Assembly: GCA_965240325.2 (NCBI GenBank)
Contig: OZ251230.1
Span: forward strand, 2,604,001-2,668,000
Reading direction: 5' to 3'
From: Rebecca billardiae RCC1528
Lineage: Eukaryota > Protista > Haptophyta
Length of the DNA stretch: 64,000 nucleotides
Every line of letters begins with the position of its first letter. Positions within the stretch are counted from its first letter, which is position 1. Shown here piece by piece: positions 1-10,990 of this stretch. Below the pieces are notes generated by a model that searched no databases, was not told the DNA's origin, and saw only the letters and a list, made by a program, of their open reading frames with translations. Position numbers and translations under genes: made by a program.

Positions 1-2
1 CG

Positions 3-206
3 GCGGCGGCCAGCGGCAGCGGCGCCGCGCCCGCAGGGCTGATGGGGTCGCTGCCAGGCCTAGCGAGCGCAGCGGGGACGGTCGGCACTGGCGCCATGGC
101 CGTTGCTACCGAGGGTGGTCCCGCGCACAGCAGCGACTACGAGGCTGCTGAGCCAGGCCCACTCTCAGCGATCTTGGGGCTGCGAGTCCCTGCGTACCCG
201 CGGTGA
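3..206 (+). CDS. 3' end of a gene entering from the left window edge (unknown product)
   Basis: Open Ala/Gly-rich frame from position 3 to TGA at 204-206, followed by lower-GC intergenic sequence. Confidence 0.4.
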   Translation, partial: AAASGSGAAPAGLMGSLPGLASAAGTVGTGAMAVATEGGPAHSSDYEAAEPGPLSAILGLRVPAYPR

Positions 207-562
207 CGGGACGAGTCGGTATCGAGCCGTTGAGCTCGACTTTCTGATTCAACTACGCTAGCCGACGATCGACTATACACCTCATCGCGTCATCATCCAA
301 CATTGTCAGTAAGCTATGCAGCGTCTATTTAGTGTCGTGACCTGGGGACTCAGTAGTAACGGACTCTCAGTAGTGAGCGTTCGTCAGAGTCGTGCCGACC
401 GGGCACTCGGGCAGTCAGCTCGTCAAAAAAAGGACCAACGCCAACCGGCACCCTCGTCGGCTTTTCAAAACCAGGACCGCCGCGCGGGCTCGCGACGACG
501 CAAGGGCAGCCGGGCTTGCTTTGTGCCGCGGCCCGCGAGCAGGCTGCGGCGCCGTCGCGACG

Positions 563-1972
563 ATGCCGTCGGCCGCTGCGTACATTCCGGTGCCGGCGGC
601 CGCCGCGCCCGCACGCGCACCCGCCGGCACCGCCGTCTCCTACGGAGCCTCCGAGCCCGACGACTCCGCCGCCGAGGAGGAGGACGCGTGGTTCGACGTG
701 GAGGAGGGCTTGGGCGAGGAGGGCGAGCGCGCCGACGGCTCGGCGGATGGGCCCGCGCCGAGCGCGCGCTGGCGGGCCGCGTCGCACGCGGTGGCGCTCG
801 GCGCGCACGTGATCAGCAGGCGGCGCACGCACGTCCACGCCTTCGGCTCGCGCCCGTCCACGCGCATCGACATCTGGCTCGAGGAGATGGACCTCTCGAC
901 CGCCGACATGCGCCGCGACCGCGACGCGATGTTCCTGCTGCTGGAGAACAGGTCGTACGGGTACCCCGGCACGGACGGCACGCTGCTCTCCAACTACCTC
1001 GCGTACTGCCTCAACCGCCACCCGCTCATCTCGATCATCACCGCGCACCCACTACACCCGTTCACGCGCGCCGAGCGCGTGATTGTGCTGCTCTGCTCCT
1101 TCTGCTGGGCGTTCTTCGTCAAGTCGATGATGCACCGGCCGGCGCTGGTGGCGCAGGCGTGGTACGTGTACTACACCGCGCTCGCGCTGCTCGTCATCCC
1201 GTACGAGATCGTGATCCGCGTCTTTGCCGTGTGCGCGTGCGTTCAGTACGACGACAGTGCAGAGGGCGTGAGCAAGAAGCGCCGGTGGGAGTGCTACGGC
1301 CGGACGGTGCTGGCGGCGCTCACGCTGTCGAACCTCGCGTTCATCGGCTGGGGCGTGTACTCCACGCTGCACGCGTACCACGTGCTCAAGCTCACGCACG
1401 CCATCACTCTCTTCCGCCAGTCGTGGACGACGATCGTCGCCAAGCTGTGGGCGATGGTGGTCTGGTTCCCGCTGTGGCAGCCGGTGTTCCTGCTGTGGTA
1501 CAACCACGACAAGGCGCGCTGGGTGAACACGCACCCGCCCGCCGACCCGTGCCACCTGTGCGCGTCCACCACCGAGGACACGCACGTGCACCCGCTGTAC
1601 TGGCTGCTCGTCACCGCCCGGCTGCGCCCGCCCGCCGCGCCGCGCCGCGCGGCGGGCTGGACGGCGGCGCACGTCCCGACGCTGCCTGTCATCGACCCGA
1701 AGGCGAAGAAGGTGTCGGTGCCGGCGCTGACCGCGCTCGCGGCGCAGCGCGCGAAGGCGCGGCGGAGCAAGAGCGCGCCCAGCACGATCGCGCGCAACCT
1801 GCCCGGCGCGCCGGCGGGCGCAGCGGAGCACAATAATGGCGGCGGCGCGGCGGCGGCCGCAGGGCCAGAGCACGCGGCAGCCTCGGCAAACGGCGGCGCG
1901 GACCGGAGGGGCCTCGGCCTCTCCGCGAGCCTCAATGCGCGGCCCGCGGCCGGCGAGATGCAGATGCTGTGA
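563..1972 (+). CDS. Hypothetical multi-pass membrane protein
   Basis: ATG at 563 (MPSAAAYIPV). Strong GC3 codon bias and several hydrophobic segments (IVLLCSFCWAFFV, ALALLVIPYEIVIRVFAV, VLAALTLSNLAFIGWGV, LWAMVVWFPLWQPVFLLWY). Confidence 0.8.
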   Translation: MPSAAAYIPVPAAAAPARAPAGTAVSYGASEPDDSAAEEEDAWFDVEEGLGEEGERADGSADGPAPSARWRAASHAVALGAHVISRRRTHVHAFGSRPSTRIDIWLEEMDLSTADMRRDRDAMFLLLENRSYGYPGTDGTLLSNYLAYCLNRHPLISIITAHPLHPFTRAERVIVLLCSFCWAFFVKSMMHRPALVAQAWYVYYTALALLVIPYEIVIRVFAVCACVQYDDSAEGVSKKRRWECYGRTVLAALTLSNLAFIGWGVYSTLHAYHVLKLTHAITLFRQSWTTIVAKLWAMVVWFPLWQPVFLLWYNHDKARWVNTHPPADPCHLCASTTEDTHVHPLYWLLVTARLRPPAAPRRAAGWTAAHVPTLPVIDPKAKKVSVPALTALAAQRAKARRSKSAPSTIARNLPGAPAGAAEHNNGGGAAAAAGPEHAAASANGGADRRGLGLSASLNARPAAGEMQML

Positions 1973-2176
1973 CCTCTTGGTCGCCACGGGGCGCCCCTCT
2001 GCTGGCCACCGCGTCGCGGCCGCGGACTTCTCAGTCTTGGTCCTTGGCTGCCCGGAAAATAATAACCGAAAACCGCGCGTGCAAAACCGATTATTCGTGT
2101 GGCCCGACTCCTCCGAGGCGAGGCCCCGCTCCCAGCATCTGAAATCGTGGTCGCGCATCGCCGCATCGGGCCTACG

Positions 2177-4429
2177 ATGGCGCGCCTGGTGGCCGCCCTG
2201 CTGGCGTGCGGTTGCCTCGTGTGCGTGGATGGCAGCAAAGCGCGCGCGCCCGAGCCGGCCGTCTACTTGCCCGACGGGACGGTGAGTCTCACCGTCGTGC
2301 CGGGCACGCACGGCGTCCCGTCCACCGTCGTCAACCACTCGCTGCGGCTCCGCGCGACCGCGTGCGCTTGCTCGCGCACGTGCGAGCCAACCTCGACGCT
2401 CGACCCGTCGCACTGCTTCGACCCGATCGCGCGGTGCGTGCCGCGCGTGCGCTGGTACACGCCGCCGCGCGACGGCCGCCCCGCCGACGCGCTGCACTAC
2501 CGCCTCGCCATCCTCGACTGGAACACGGTCTATCGCATCTCCGACCTCGCGCGCGGCCGCGGCGAACGGTGGCGGCTGGACTCGACGATCGTGCTGTGCG
2601 AGGAGCGGTACCGCGGCACGCTGCTGCGCGAGGCGATGGAGCGGTGGGCGCAGTTCGACAACCAGACGGTGCAGACGCACGTGCGCGAGCGCGGCGCCGA
2701 CGCCTTCGAGGCCGCCCTCGCCGCGCGCTCGGACGATCCGCCCTCTTCCCCGGCGGGTCACGTGCGCTTGGTCGGGTTTGACGGCGGCAACGGGCTCGCC
2801 TTCCGGTTCCCCAAGGCGCTGAGCCTGCTCGTGTACGGCATGCGCACGCGCGTGCGCGAGGGCCGGTGCGCGCCCGCCTCGCTCGACACGCTCGTCATCT
2901 ACGCGCGGCTCGGCGACGCGGTCGCCTTCAACTACGTGCCGCCGCTGCTGGGGCGCGTAGACGCGGTCTTGGCGGCGCTCCGGCGGAAGGGCGTGGTGGT
3001 GCGCCGCGCGGTGGTGTCGGGCGTGCTGAACTACGCGACGAACCCGCTCATGCTGCACCGCGGCCGCCCGGCGTACATGCGCAAGCCGAGCCAGGACGCG
3101 CTCTCCGCGCAGGCCGTCGACCAGATCGTGCAGCACGTGCGCGGCCTCGGGCTGCGGCCGCGCGTGCGCTCCGAGCCGGACGCGGACGCGGACCTGTGCT
3201 ACTACACCATGTCGCCGCACGTGGTGACGGGCGTGCACCGCGGGTTCCCGCTCTTCGTGCAGCTGCTGCGCGGCAAGGTGGGCTTCGCCCGCCCCGCGTG
3301 GGCCGACGAGAAGGGCCGGAAGCCACCGGACGACCGGCCGAGCGCGTGTGCGTGTCCGCCAGCGTGTAAAGACAGCCCGCGCGCGCGCTGCGCCGACCCC
3401 GTCGCGCGCTGCCTGGGCGCGAGCACGCGGTGGCACGAGAGCGCGGCGCACGCGGACCGCCCACCCGGCGCGCCGGCGTTCCGCCTCGCCGTCGTCCTGG
3501 AGCAGGGCGCGTACCGCGTGCCGCACGTCGTGCAGGCCGCGGGCCGGCGCTGGCGGCTCGATGCAGTCAGCGTGCTCTGCCAGCGGCAGTACCGCGGCAC
3601 CGCGCTGCGCGAGGCGCTGGCGGACACGGCCAGGCTGGACAAGTGGCGCGTGCGCGAGCTGAACGACTCGTTCCTCGAGGCGACGCTCTCGCCCCGCCCG
3701 GACGAGCGCGTCCCGCTCAAGGGGCACGCCAAGCTCGTCGGTTACGAGGGGCGTAACGGTCTGCTGCTCGCGCGCGCGTCCAAGTCGGTACTGCCAGCGC
3801 TGCTCGGCGCGCTGCGCGCGCGGATGGCGGACGGGCGGTGCGAGGCGGCGGCGGCGGACACGCTGGTGGTCCCGGTGCGCGTGGGCGTGCGACACGTCGA
3901 CACCGCCGCGCAGCTCGGCCTCGGCATCGCCCGGGAGCTCAACAGCCTGCGGGCCAAGGGAGTGCGCATCTCGCGCGCCGTGCTGAGCGCGCGCGTAGTG
4001 GTGAGTGCTGAGGACACGGAGGACGCGGCCGATGCGGCGCAGGCGCAGCCGGGAGGCGAGGGCGGCGAGGGCGGCGGCGGCGCACCGCCGGTGCTGCCCA
4101 GCGAGGAGCACCTCCGCGCGGCGGTCCGCCTGCTCGACGCTGTGCTCGCGCAGTGCCGCGCGCTCGGGCTCGAAGCCTCCGTGCGCTCGGAGCCGGACAC
4201 CGACCGACTGCTCTGCTTCCACGCCTTCTCGCCGCACGTGGTCGGCGCGCCCAGGCTCCCGCCGCCGCCCACGCTGCTCGGGATGGGCGTGAGCAAGCCG
4301 GGCGCTCGAATCCGCCGCGACGAGGACGTCGACGACCTCCTCTCGCCCTTCACGGCGAAGCTGCGCAAGCTGAGGCTGGTCGACACGCCGGCGGCCGGGC
4401 GGGCGGCCGAGCCCGCGCCGCAGGGCTGA
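2177..4429 (+). CDS. Secreted protein with an internally duplicated domain, possibly fucosyltransferase-like (GT-B fold)
   Basis: Signal-like start MARLVAALLACGCLVCV. Two homologous halves (CAC..C..C.DP.ARC; RWRLD..VLC..YRGT.LREA; TLVIYARLGD vs TLVVPVRVGV; VRSEPD.D..C....SPHVV). YARLGD resembles the HxRxGD motif of GT11/GT23-like enzymes. Confidence 0.7.
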   Translation: MARLVAALLACGCLVCVDGSKARAPEPAVYLPDGTVSLTVVPGTHGVPSTVVNHSLRLRATACACSRTCEPTSTLDPSHCFDPIARCVPRVRWYTPPRDGRPADALHYRLAILDWNTVYRISDLARGRGERWRLDSTIVLCEERYRGTLLREAMERWAQFDNQTVQTHVRERGADAFEAALAARSDDPPSSPAGHVRLVGFDGGNGLAFRFPKALSLLVYGMRTRVREGRCAPASLDTLVIYARLGDAVAFNYVPPLLGRVDAVLAALRRKGVVVRRAVVSGVLNYATNPLMLHRGRPAYMRKPSQDALSAQAVDQIVQHVRGLGLRPRVRSEPDADADLCYYTMSPHVVTGVHRGFPLFVQLLRGKVGFARPAWADEKGRKPPDDRPSACACPPACKDSPRARCADPVARCLGASTRWHESAAHADRPPGAPAFRLAVVLEQGAYRVPHVVQAAGRRWRLDAVSVLCQRQYRGTALREALADTARLDKWRVRELNDSFLEATLSPRPDERVPLKGHAKLVGYEGRNGLLLARASKSVLPALLGALRARMADGRCEAAAADTLVVPVRVGVRHVDTAAQLGLGIARELNSLRAKGVRISRAVLSARVVVSAEDTEDAADAAQAQPGGEGGEGGGGAPPVLPSEEHLRAAVRLLDAVLAQCRALGLEASVRSEPDTDRLLCFHAFSPHVVGAPRLPPPPTLLGMGVSKPGARIRRDEDVDDLLSPFTAKLRKLRLVDTPAAGRAAEPAPQG

Positions 4430-4707
4430 GACGCTGGGAGCTGGGTGAGCGAGCGAGCCTGAGTGCCTGGCCGCATCAGCGGGACTGCGCTAAGGACGGT
4501 ATAGCTGTAGCCGCTGTAGGCTGTTGTGGCGAGGCCGGAGCTGTGCACTGCCAGTCTGCCACCCTGCCCGGCTGGCTTGATTGGGACAGTTGAGACTCAA
4601 CTATCTACTCAAGCCGAGTTGATAGCAGCCAGATAATCCAGCCAATCATCAATCAGCACGGGCCCGGACTCTGGCCCATGCGTTTTCGTCTGCCGATGTG
4701 AAGACTC

Positions 4708-6958
4708 CGAGGCCATCCCACCAAAGTCAAACGCCCTCCAGGGCTTCGCCCTCTGGCGTCAAGCCCGAACGCCGGTGGGCGGCCAAAGGACCATCAAATA
4801 CCTAGGAGAGAAACTCGTTGGTTTCGTCAGTCGGAGCTGGTGGTCGACGAAACCCAGGGTGCCGAGCAGAAGCGAGGTCGGAATGGCGAGGAGGCGGCCC
4901 TCTCCGCCACGACCCACGATCCGCGTGTCTTCAGCGGGCACATGGGCACCGCCGTGCTCTCGGACGGGGCTCGCTTGAAGGGGACACCCGACCGACACAC
5001 CAGCACCCCTCTCGCGTGCCTTGCTTCACCTCCTCCGTGCCGTTAGTGGGAGCACGCGCCTTCCGGTTCCATGCTCCCATTTGATGGGCACGGCGGCTCC
5101 GCGACTCGTGCGCAGCACTGTGCGGGCGACCAAACGTGGGTGAAGTGCCTTGGTACCGCGGGGTGTGGTGTGTTTGGCACGCCAAACGAACTTCACCCAC
5201 GTTTTCTTGCGATTTCGACGCCACATACATGTTGCCTTGCGTTGTGCCTGGGCGAGCATCCGGGAAGTGGCGAGCACACCCTCAGGAGAGGTGAGGAGGG
5301 CATGGTGATGGCGTGTGCGGGCGCACAGCAACGTTCTGGAGCATGTGCGTGCACGTGCGAGCGCTGGTCGACGGACCGTGCCTACCTGTGACACGCGCGC
5401 GCTCACGCGCCGCTAATCTTTCCCACCCGACCAGCGTGGTGAAATGGCTTGAGCGGCGCTGCACTTGCAAGGGCGCGTTCGCGCACAGACGCGGTTGGAA
5501 CACGTTGTGCAGGTCATGAGCATCCTACGCCGCTGCGCCAACGCGCTCCACCGCGTTTGGTCGCCCAGGCAGTGCTGCACGTGATGCGCTGTCGGCACAG
5601 GCCGAGTGCTGCGCCGTTCAGCCCCCTCCTGTTTGGCGCGCGGTCAAAGGGCAGTCTGGTGGGCGCGCTGTAAGAGTTAAACAGCACGGTATGCATGGTC
5701 GACCCGCCCACCGATCAGTAAGTAGCTGCTCGTCAGTGTGATGGCCGCGGCTCAATAGCCTATTAGCAGAGTCACCGGCCAGCCACACACCCTGCTCGAC
5801 CGCGCAGTGGGACACCGCCGTGACCGCGCAGCGGCGTAGTCAGCCGCGGGGCCGCTGCGGCACAATCTCGGCGGCGGAGTCTGACTTGGCAGTGATGGTG
5901 AAAGTGCGGCGGGCGTGCGGCGCCCCTGAATAATAGTAATCGGTCCTAGCCTGGTGCTCGCAGTCACAGAGTCGGTCATCACTCACCAGCAGGCCCTCTA
6001 GCGAGACCAGCTCAGCCACCTGGCAGACACACAAGCTGATCACACTCACAGCGCGAGCCCGGGCGCGCGGCTGCTGCTCGTGTTGCGCCGCGCGCTGCTG
6101 CTGGCTCATCCACGTTGCCGGCGCAGGCCATCTGACGGGCTTGTTGGCATGCATGTCTGAACCTGTGCCGGCACTAGCCTCAGCGCGAGCAGGCGCCAAC
6201 TGGCGTTGTAACCGCCTGTATGCCAACCTCGGTGGACTCACCGCAGCGCTGAGCGCGCGCGCGCGTGCCACAGGTAGGCACGGTCCGTCGACCAGCGCTC
6301 GCACGTGCACGCACATGCTCCAGAACGTTGCTGTGCGCCCGCACACGCCATCACCATGCCCTCCTCACCTCTCCTGAGGGTGTGCTCGCCACTTCCCGGA
6401 TGCTCGCCCAGGCACAACGCAAGGCAACATGTATGTGGCGTCGAAATCGCAAGAAAACGTGGGTGAAGTTCGTTTGGCGTGCCAAACACACCACACCCCG
6501 CGGTACCAAGGCACTTCACCCACGTTTGGTCGCCCGCACAGTGCTGCGCACGAGTCGCGTGCCCATCAACCCATCAAATGGGAGCATGGAACCGGAAGGC
6601 GCGTGCTCCCACTAACGGCACGGAGGAGGTGAAGCAAGGCACGCGAGAGGGGTGCTGGTGTGTCGGTCGGGTGTCCCCTTCAAGCGAGCCCCGTCCGAGA
6701 GCACGGCGGTGCCCATGTGCCCGCTGAAGACACGCGGATCGTGGGTCGTGGCGGAGAGGGCCGCCTCCGCGCCATTCCGACCTCGCTTCTGCTCGGCACC
6801 CTGGGTTTCGTCGACCACCAGCTCCGACAGCGACGCTAACCAAAAACCACTGTGTCAACCCGACGAAACCCGGAGTTTCTCTCCTAGGTATTTGATGGTC
6901 CTTTGGGGCGGCCGAAGGAGCCCTGGACGGGCTGCTTGATTTCGGTGGAGTGGCCTCA
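4708..6958. mobile_element. Long inverted repeat (foldback): near-identical arms ~4783-5405 and ~6250-6906, ~850-bp spacer, degenerate outer extension
   Basis: caaaggaccatcaaatacctaggagagaaactc (~4784) is the reverse complement of gagtttctctcctaggtatttgatggtcctttg (~6873-6905). The match continues to cctacctgtg / cacaggtagg, and the same peptides appear on opposite strands in the ORF track. No transposase or TSD seen. Confidence 0.85.
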
Positions 6959-7107
6959 GCCCGGGCCCTTCGCGTTCGCTGCTTCGCTCGGGTCGCCTCG
7001 TCGGGACCGCAGCTTGCCCACCGCTGCGCCCGCAGCCCGCCGAGCAGCCGCTGCTCGTCCCGGCTCGTCGGCCCCGGCCCGCGCCGGACGCGGCGAGCAC
7101 CGCGCAG

Positions 7108-10100
7108 ATGGCGTCGGACGAGGAGCCCCCGCCCGCGCCGCGGCCGTACGAGGGGATGGAGCCCTCCGAGAACGAGGTCACGCTGAGCTGGGTCGAGCAC
7201 AAGAGCGTCTCGCGCTACGAGCTGCAGTTCAAACCGGTCGGCGCGCCGGGCGAGCCGGACGAGTGGCGCATGGCGACGGACAAGCTGACGCGGCCGTGCT
7301 GCCGCAAGACGGGTCTCGCGCCCGGGATGGCGTACGTCTTCCGCGTGCGTAGCTTCCGCCTCGACGGCTCGAGCGGCCCCTTCTCGCCCGCGTCGGAGCC
7401 GATCCAAACGCTCAGCAGCGGCGCCGCGCGCGCCGCGCCCGCGCGGCCCGGCGTCGCGCCGGACGGCGCGAGGCCGCCGAGCGTCGTGACGACGCCCACC
7501 GCGGCGCCTGACGCGGCGCAGGCCCCGCGCAAGCGCGCCGCCGACGACGCCGCCGCCGAGCCGAGCGGCGGCGGCGCGGCGGACGAGGGCGTGCCGCCGC
7601 AGCCCGCCGCCAAGGCCCCCCGCAAGCAGCCGCCGGCCACGGCGGCGCCGGCGCCCCCGAAGCCGCTGGTGATCCCGCCGTGGGCCGACCCGCCGGTCGC
7701 CGTGCGCACGCGCGTGCGCGCCGTCCTCAACGCCATCCCCACCGTCGGGCTGCCGCCGCCCGCGCCGCCGCCGCTGATAGCGGCGCCCGCGGCCGGCGCC
7801 CGCGGCGGCGGCGGCGGCGGCGGCGGCGCGAGCGCGGCGGCGCCTGCAGTGGAGGTCGGCGGCGGCGGTGCGGCGCGCGGGCGCGCGCCCGAGGAGCCGC
7901 CGCGCTGGGAGAAGATGATCTCCCGCGCGCGCACCGCCGACGAGATGCTGCTGCTCCTCGACCCCCTTGTCGCCATCGGCCGCGCTCGGATGCCAGTGGC
8001 GGCGCGCCGCGAGTGCGCCAAGCTTCTGGAGGGCGTCGGGCGGCAGGCGGCGGCGGGGCCGCAGCCCGGGCCGCGAGCGGCACGCGCGCCGGCCGCGCCG
8101 GCCGGTGCGGACGGCGCGGCCGTGCACGACGCGCCGGCGGGAGCGCTGGCGCCGGCTGCCGCCACCGCGCCCGCCGCCGCGCCGCCCGCCGCCGCGCCGC
8201 CCGCCGCCGCCGCCGCGCCCGCCGCCGCCGCCGCGCCCGCCGCCGGGCCGCCGGCTGGCGTGGCGTCGAGCGGCGCGGCCGAGCCCGGCCCGCCGCCCCC
8301 CGCCGGCCCGGAGCCGCGCGAGCGCGTGCACCGGCTGCTCGCCCACCTCGAGCCCGCCCTCGGCCTCGCGCCCGCGCCACCGGTTCAGCGGCCGATGCCG
8401 CCGCCTCTGCCGCTCTCTGATTGGCTGGAGCGCGTCGCGGTGGTGCCGCCTGCTGGGTACGACCCGGCGGCGGCGAGCGCGGAGGCGCCCGGCGCGGCGG
8501 CGCCGGCGGAGGCCGAGGGCGCGCACGGCGCCGACGCGAAGCAGGGCGGCAGCGCCGACGCCGCCGAGCCTGCGCCCGGCGCGCGTGGGCGCGGCCGCGG
8601 CGGCCGTGGCGGCCGCGGCGGCCGCGGTGCTGCCGGCCGCGGTGGGCGCGCGCCCAAGCGCGCGCGCGCGGGCGCCGACGAGGCGGACGACGCCGACGCC
8701 GACGCGCCGTCCGCCGACGCCGACGGCATGGACGGCGCCCCGGCCGCGTCGTCGCCCGCGCCGCCCAAAGGCGGTGGCGCGGCGACAGGGCGCAAGCGCG
8801 GCGCGGCGGCGGCGGCCGCGCCCCACTCCGCGGCTAAGTCTGCTGCGAAGCGGGCGGCGCGGGAGGCAGCGGCGGCGGCTCGGCCCAAGCCTTCGCCCAA
8901 GCCGCGGCAGCCGCAGTTCGAGCTGCTCCGCCCGCTCCCGCCTGAGGCGTCCCTCTGGCCGCCGCCGCCGCCGCCGCTCGCGCCGCCTGCAGCCGACGCG
9001 CCAGGCGCGGCCGCGCCCGCCACGGCCGCGCCCGCCGCCGAGCCGCCGGCCGCCGCCGACGGCGTCTCGGCTGCGGGCGCGGGCACGGCCGTGCCGCCCC
9101 CTGCACGCATCTACTACGGCGCGGTTGCGATCAGGGGGCTCGGCGAGGTCAGGGTCGGTGACGCAGTGGTGCGTGCACACCGCTCGCGCGCGCGCCCGCC
9201 GCCGCGCAGCGCTCCACGCGCACGCGCGGGCACTCCTGCGCGACAGCCGACCGCCGGTGCTCGGCTGGGCTCATAGTTGCTGACCCGCACGGCCGCGCAC
9301 ACGGTCTGCTTCAACCCTAACCCTCACCCTCACCCTGAACCTCACCCCGCCGCGCGCCGCGCGCCGTGTGCAGCTCCTGCGCCCGCCGGACGAGGACGAC
9401 GACCCATGGGTCGTGCGCGTGCGTGCCATCACCGCGCCGCCGCCGCCGCCGCCGCCGCCGCCCGCCACGGCGCCCGCCGCGGACGGCGGCGGCGGCGAGG
9501 CGGCGCCTGCGGCGGAGGGCGCGGGTGCCGCGCGCGGCGCGGCCAAGGCCAAGGCCGCTTCCAAGCACATCGCTCGCACCGCCGAGCTGATCGGGCAGTG
9601 GTACTACCGCGCCGCCGACACCAAGTCCGGTACGGGGCCGCCGGACGCGCACACGCTCGGCGCGGCCGGCGCCGCCGAGATTGCAATCTCGGCGGGCGGC
9701 GAGGGCGGCGGCGCCGAGATTGCAATCTCGGCGGGCGGCGAGGGCGCGGAGGGCGGCACGCGCGTGGTGCATGCCTCTGTGGTGCACGTCGCGGCGGAGG
9801 GCTCCGCCGCGCCCGCCGCGGACGGCGCGCCCGCCGCCGCCGCCGCCACGTCCCTTCTCGCCGCGCCCGCCGCCGAGATTGCAATCTCGGCGCCGCCGCC
9901 CTCGCCGCCCGCCGAGATTGCAATCTCGCCGGCCGCGGCCGCCTCTGCCGTCACAGTGCTCACAGCGGTGCGCGTGCCGCCGCCCGCCTCGGCCGCCGCC
10001 GCGGTCGTGGGCGCGGTGCGCGTGCCGGCGGAGCGGCTCTTTCTGTACGCGGGGCCGTGCGAGCCGCAGCCGCTCACGACGGTGATGGCGCTGACGACGG

Positions 10101-10990
10101 TCGAGGAGCGTACCGAACCCATGCCTCCGCCGCTCAAGCCGGGCGCCGCGCCGGCGGCGGCCGCCGCCGGCGGCGCGGGCGGCGGCGCGGGCACGGCGAA
10201 GGCGGAGGCTGCCGACGCGGCGGGCGCGGAGGGCGGCGCGCCGGCGGCCGTGGCGCGTGCGCCGCTCACGGTGCACGCGGGAGCGGCGCACGCGGCCCAC
10301 TCGCTCAGCCCGCTGCCCTTTGGCGCGTGGCTGCAGTACGACCCGACGGCCGACAATTACTCCCCGCTGCTGCGCGGGCGCGTCGTGCGCGGCCGCGGGC
10401 GCACGCTGCGTGACGCGTGGGAGTCGGCGCTGGCTCTGGACGACTCGGTCGACTGGGCGGCCGTGCACGCGCCGTGGCTGCGCGGCCGGCAGGCGTGGCA
10501 GCGCGAGGCGATGCTGGCGCCGACGCCCGCCAAGCTCGGCAAGCACGTCGCCGCGCTCGGCGCGGCGGCGGCGCACGCGCTGCCGGAGGCGTCGGCGCGC
10601 GCGCGGTTCAGCGCCGGCGGCCCGTGGGCCGCGCCGCTGGGCGCGCGCGCGTGCACGGCCGCAGCACTCGTCGACGCTCTGGACGCGCTGGCGTGCGCGC
10701 TGCCGGCCACCGCGCTGCTGCCGCCCCCCGCGCAGCGCAAGCCCCCGCCGCCGCCGCCGCCGCCGCCGGCGGTGCTTGGACGCGGCGCGTCGGCGGCGGC
10801 GCCCGCGCCCGCGGCGGCACGCGCCGTCGCGCCTCCGGACGCGCCGCCGGCCGAGGCGCCGGCGCAGGCGCCCGCCGCCGCGCGCGTGCCGCGCACCAAG
10901 GTGACAGGCCGCACGCTGCCGCACGGCAAGCCGCTGTACGGCGCGGCGGCGGGGCACAAGGAGAAGCCAGGCGGCGCGCAGCGGCGCTGA
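7108..10990 (+). CDS. Fibronectin type III + BAH domain protein; exons 7108-9168 and 9374-10990
   Basis: N-terminal FN3 (VTLSW...YELQF...GLAPGMAYVFRVRS...GPFSPAS). A phase-0 GT-AG intron at 9169-9373 joins VRVGDAV|LLRPPDEDDDPWVVRVRAI...GQWYYRAADT, a BAH-like signature. Long Ala/Pro low-complexity linkers; extra introns not excluded. Confidence 0.75.
9313..9348 (+). repeat. Degenerate telomere-like (CCCTAA/CCCTCA/CCCTGA)n tract inside an intron
   Basis: aaccctaaccctcaccctcaccctgaacctcacccc lies within intron 9169-9373. Confidence 0.75.
9672..9928. repeat. Four copies of the palindrome CGAGATTGCAATCTCG, arranged as an inverted pair of pairs in coding sequence
   Basis: Copies at 9672-9695, 9712-9733, 9871-9892 and 9913-9928; each reads EIAIS on both strands. 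Confidence 0.9.

Noticed and set aside
1052-4237. 1061-aa minus-strand ORF and the many other long Arg/Ala/Gly-rich overlapping ORFs
   Set aside because: Shadow frames of real genes; stop codons are rare at this GC content and no motifs are present.
4759-6880. Short ORFs within the foldback arms
   Set aside because: No codon bias or motifs, and they are mirrored only because of the inverted repeat.
9672-9928. Palindromic repeats as a CRISPR array
   Set aside because: Eukaryotic coding context, irregular spacing, spacers that are inverted copies of each other, and no cas genes.
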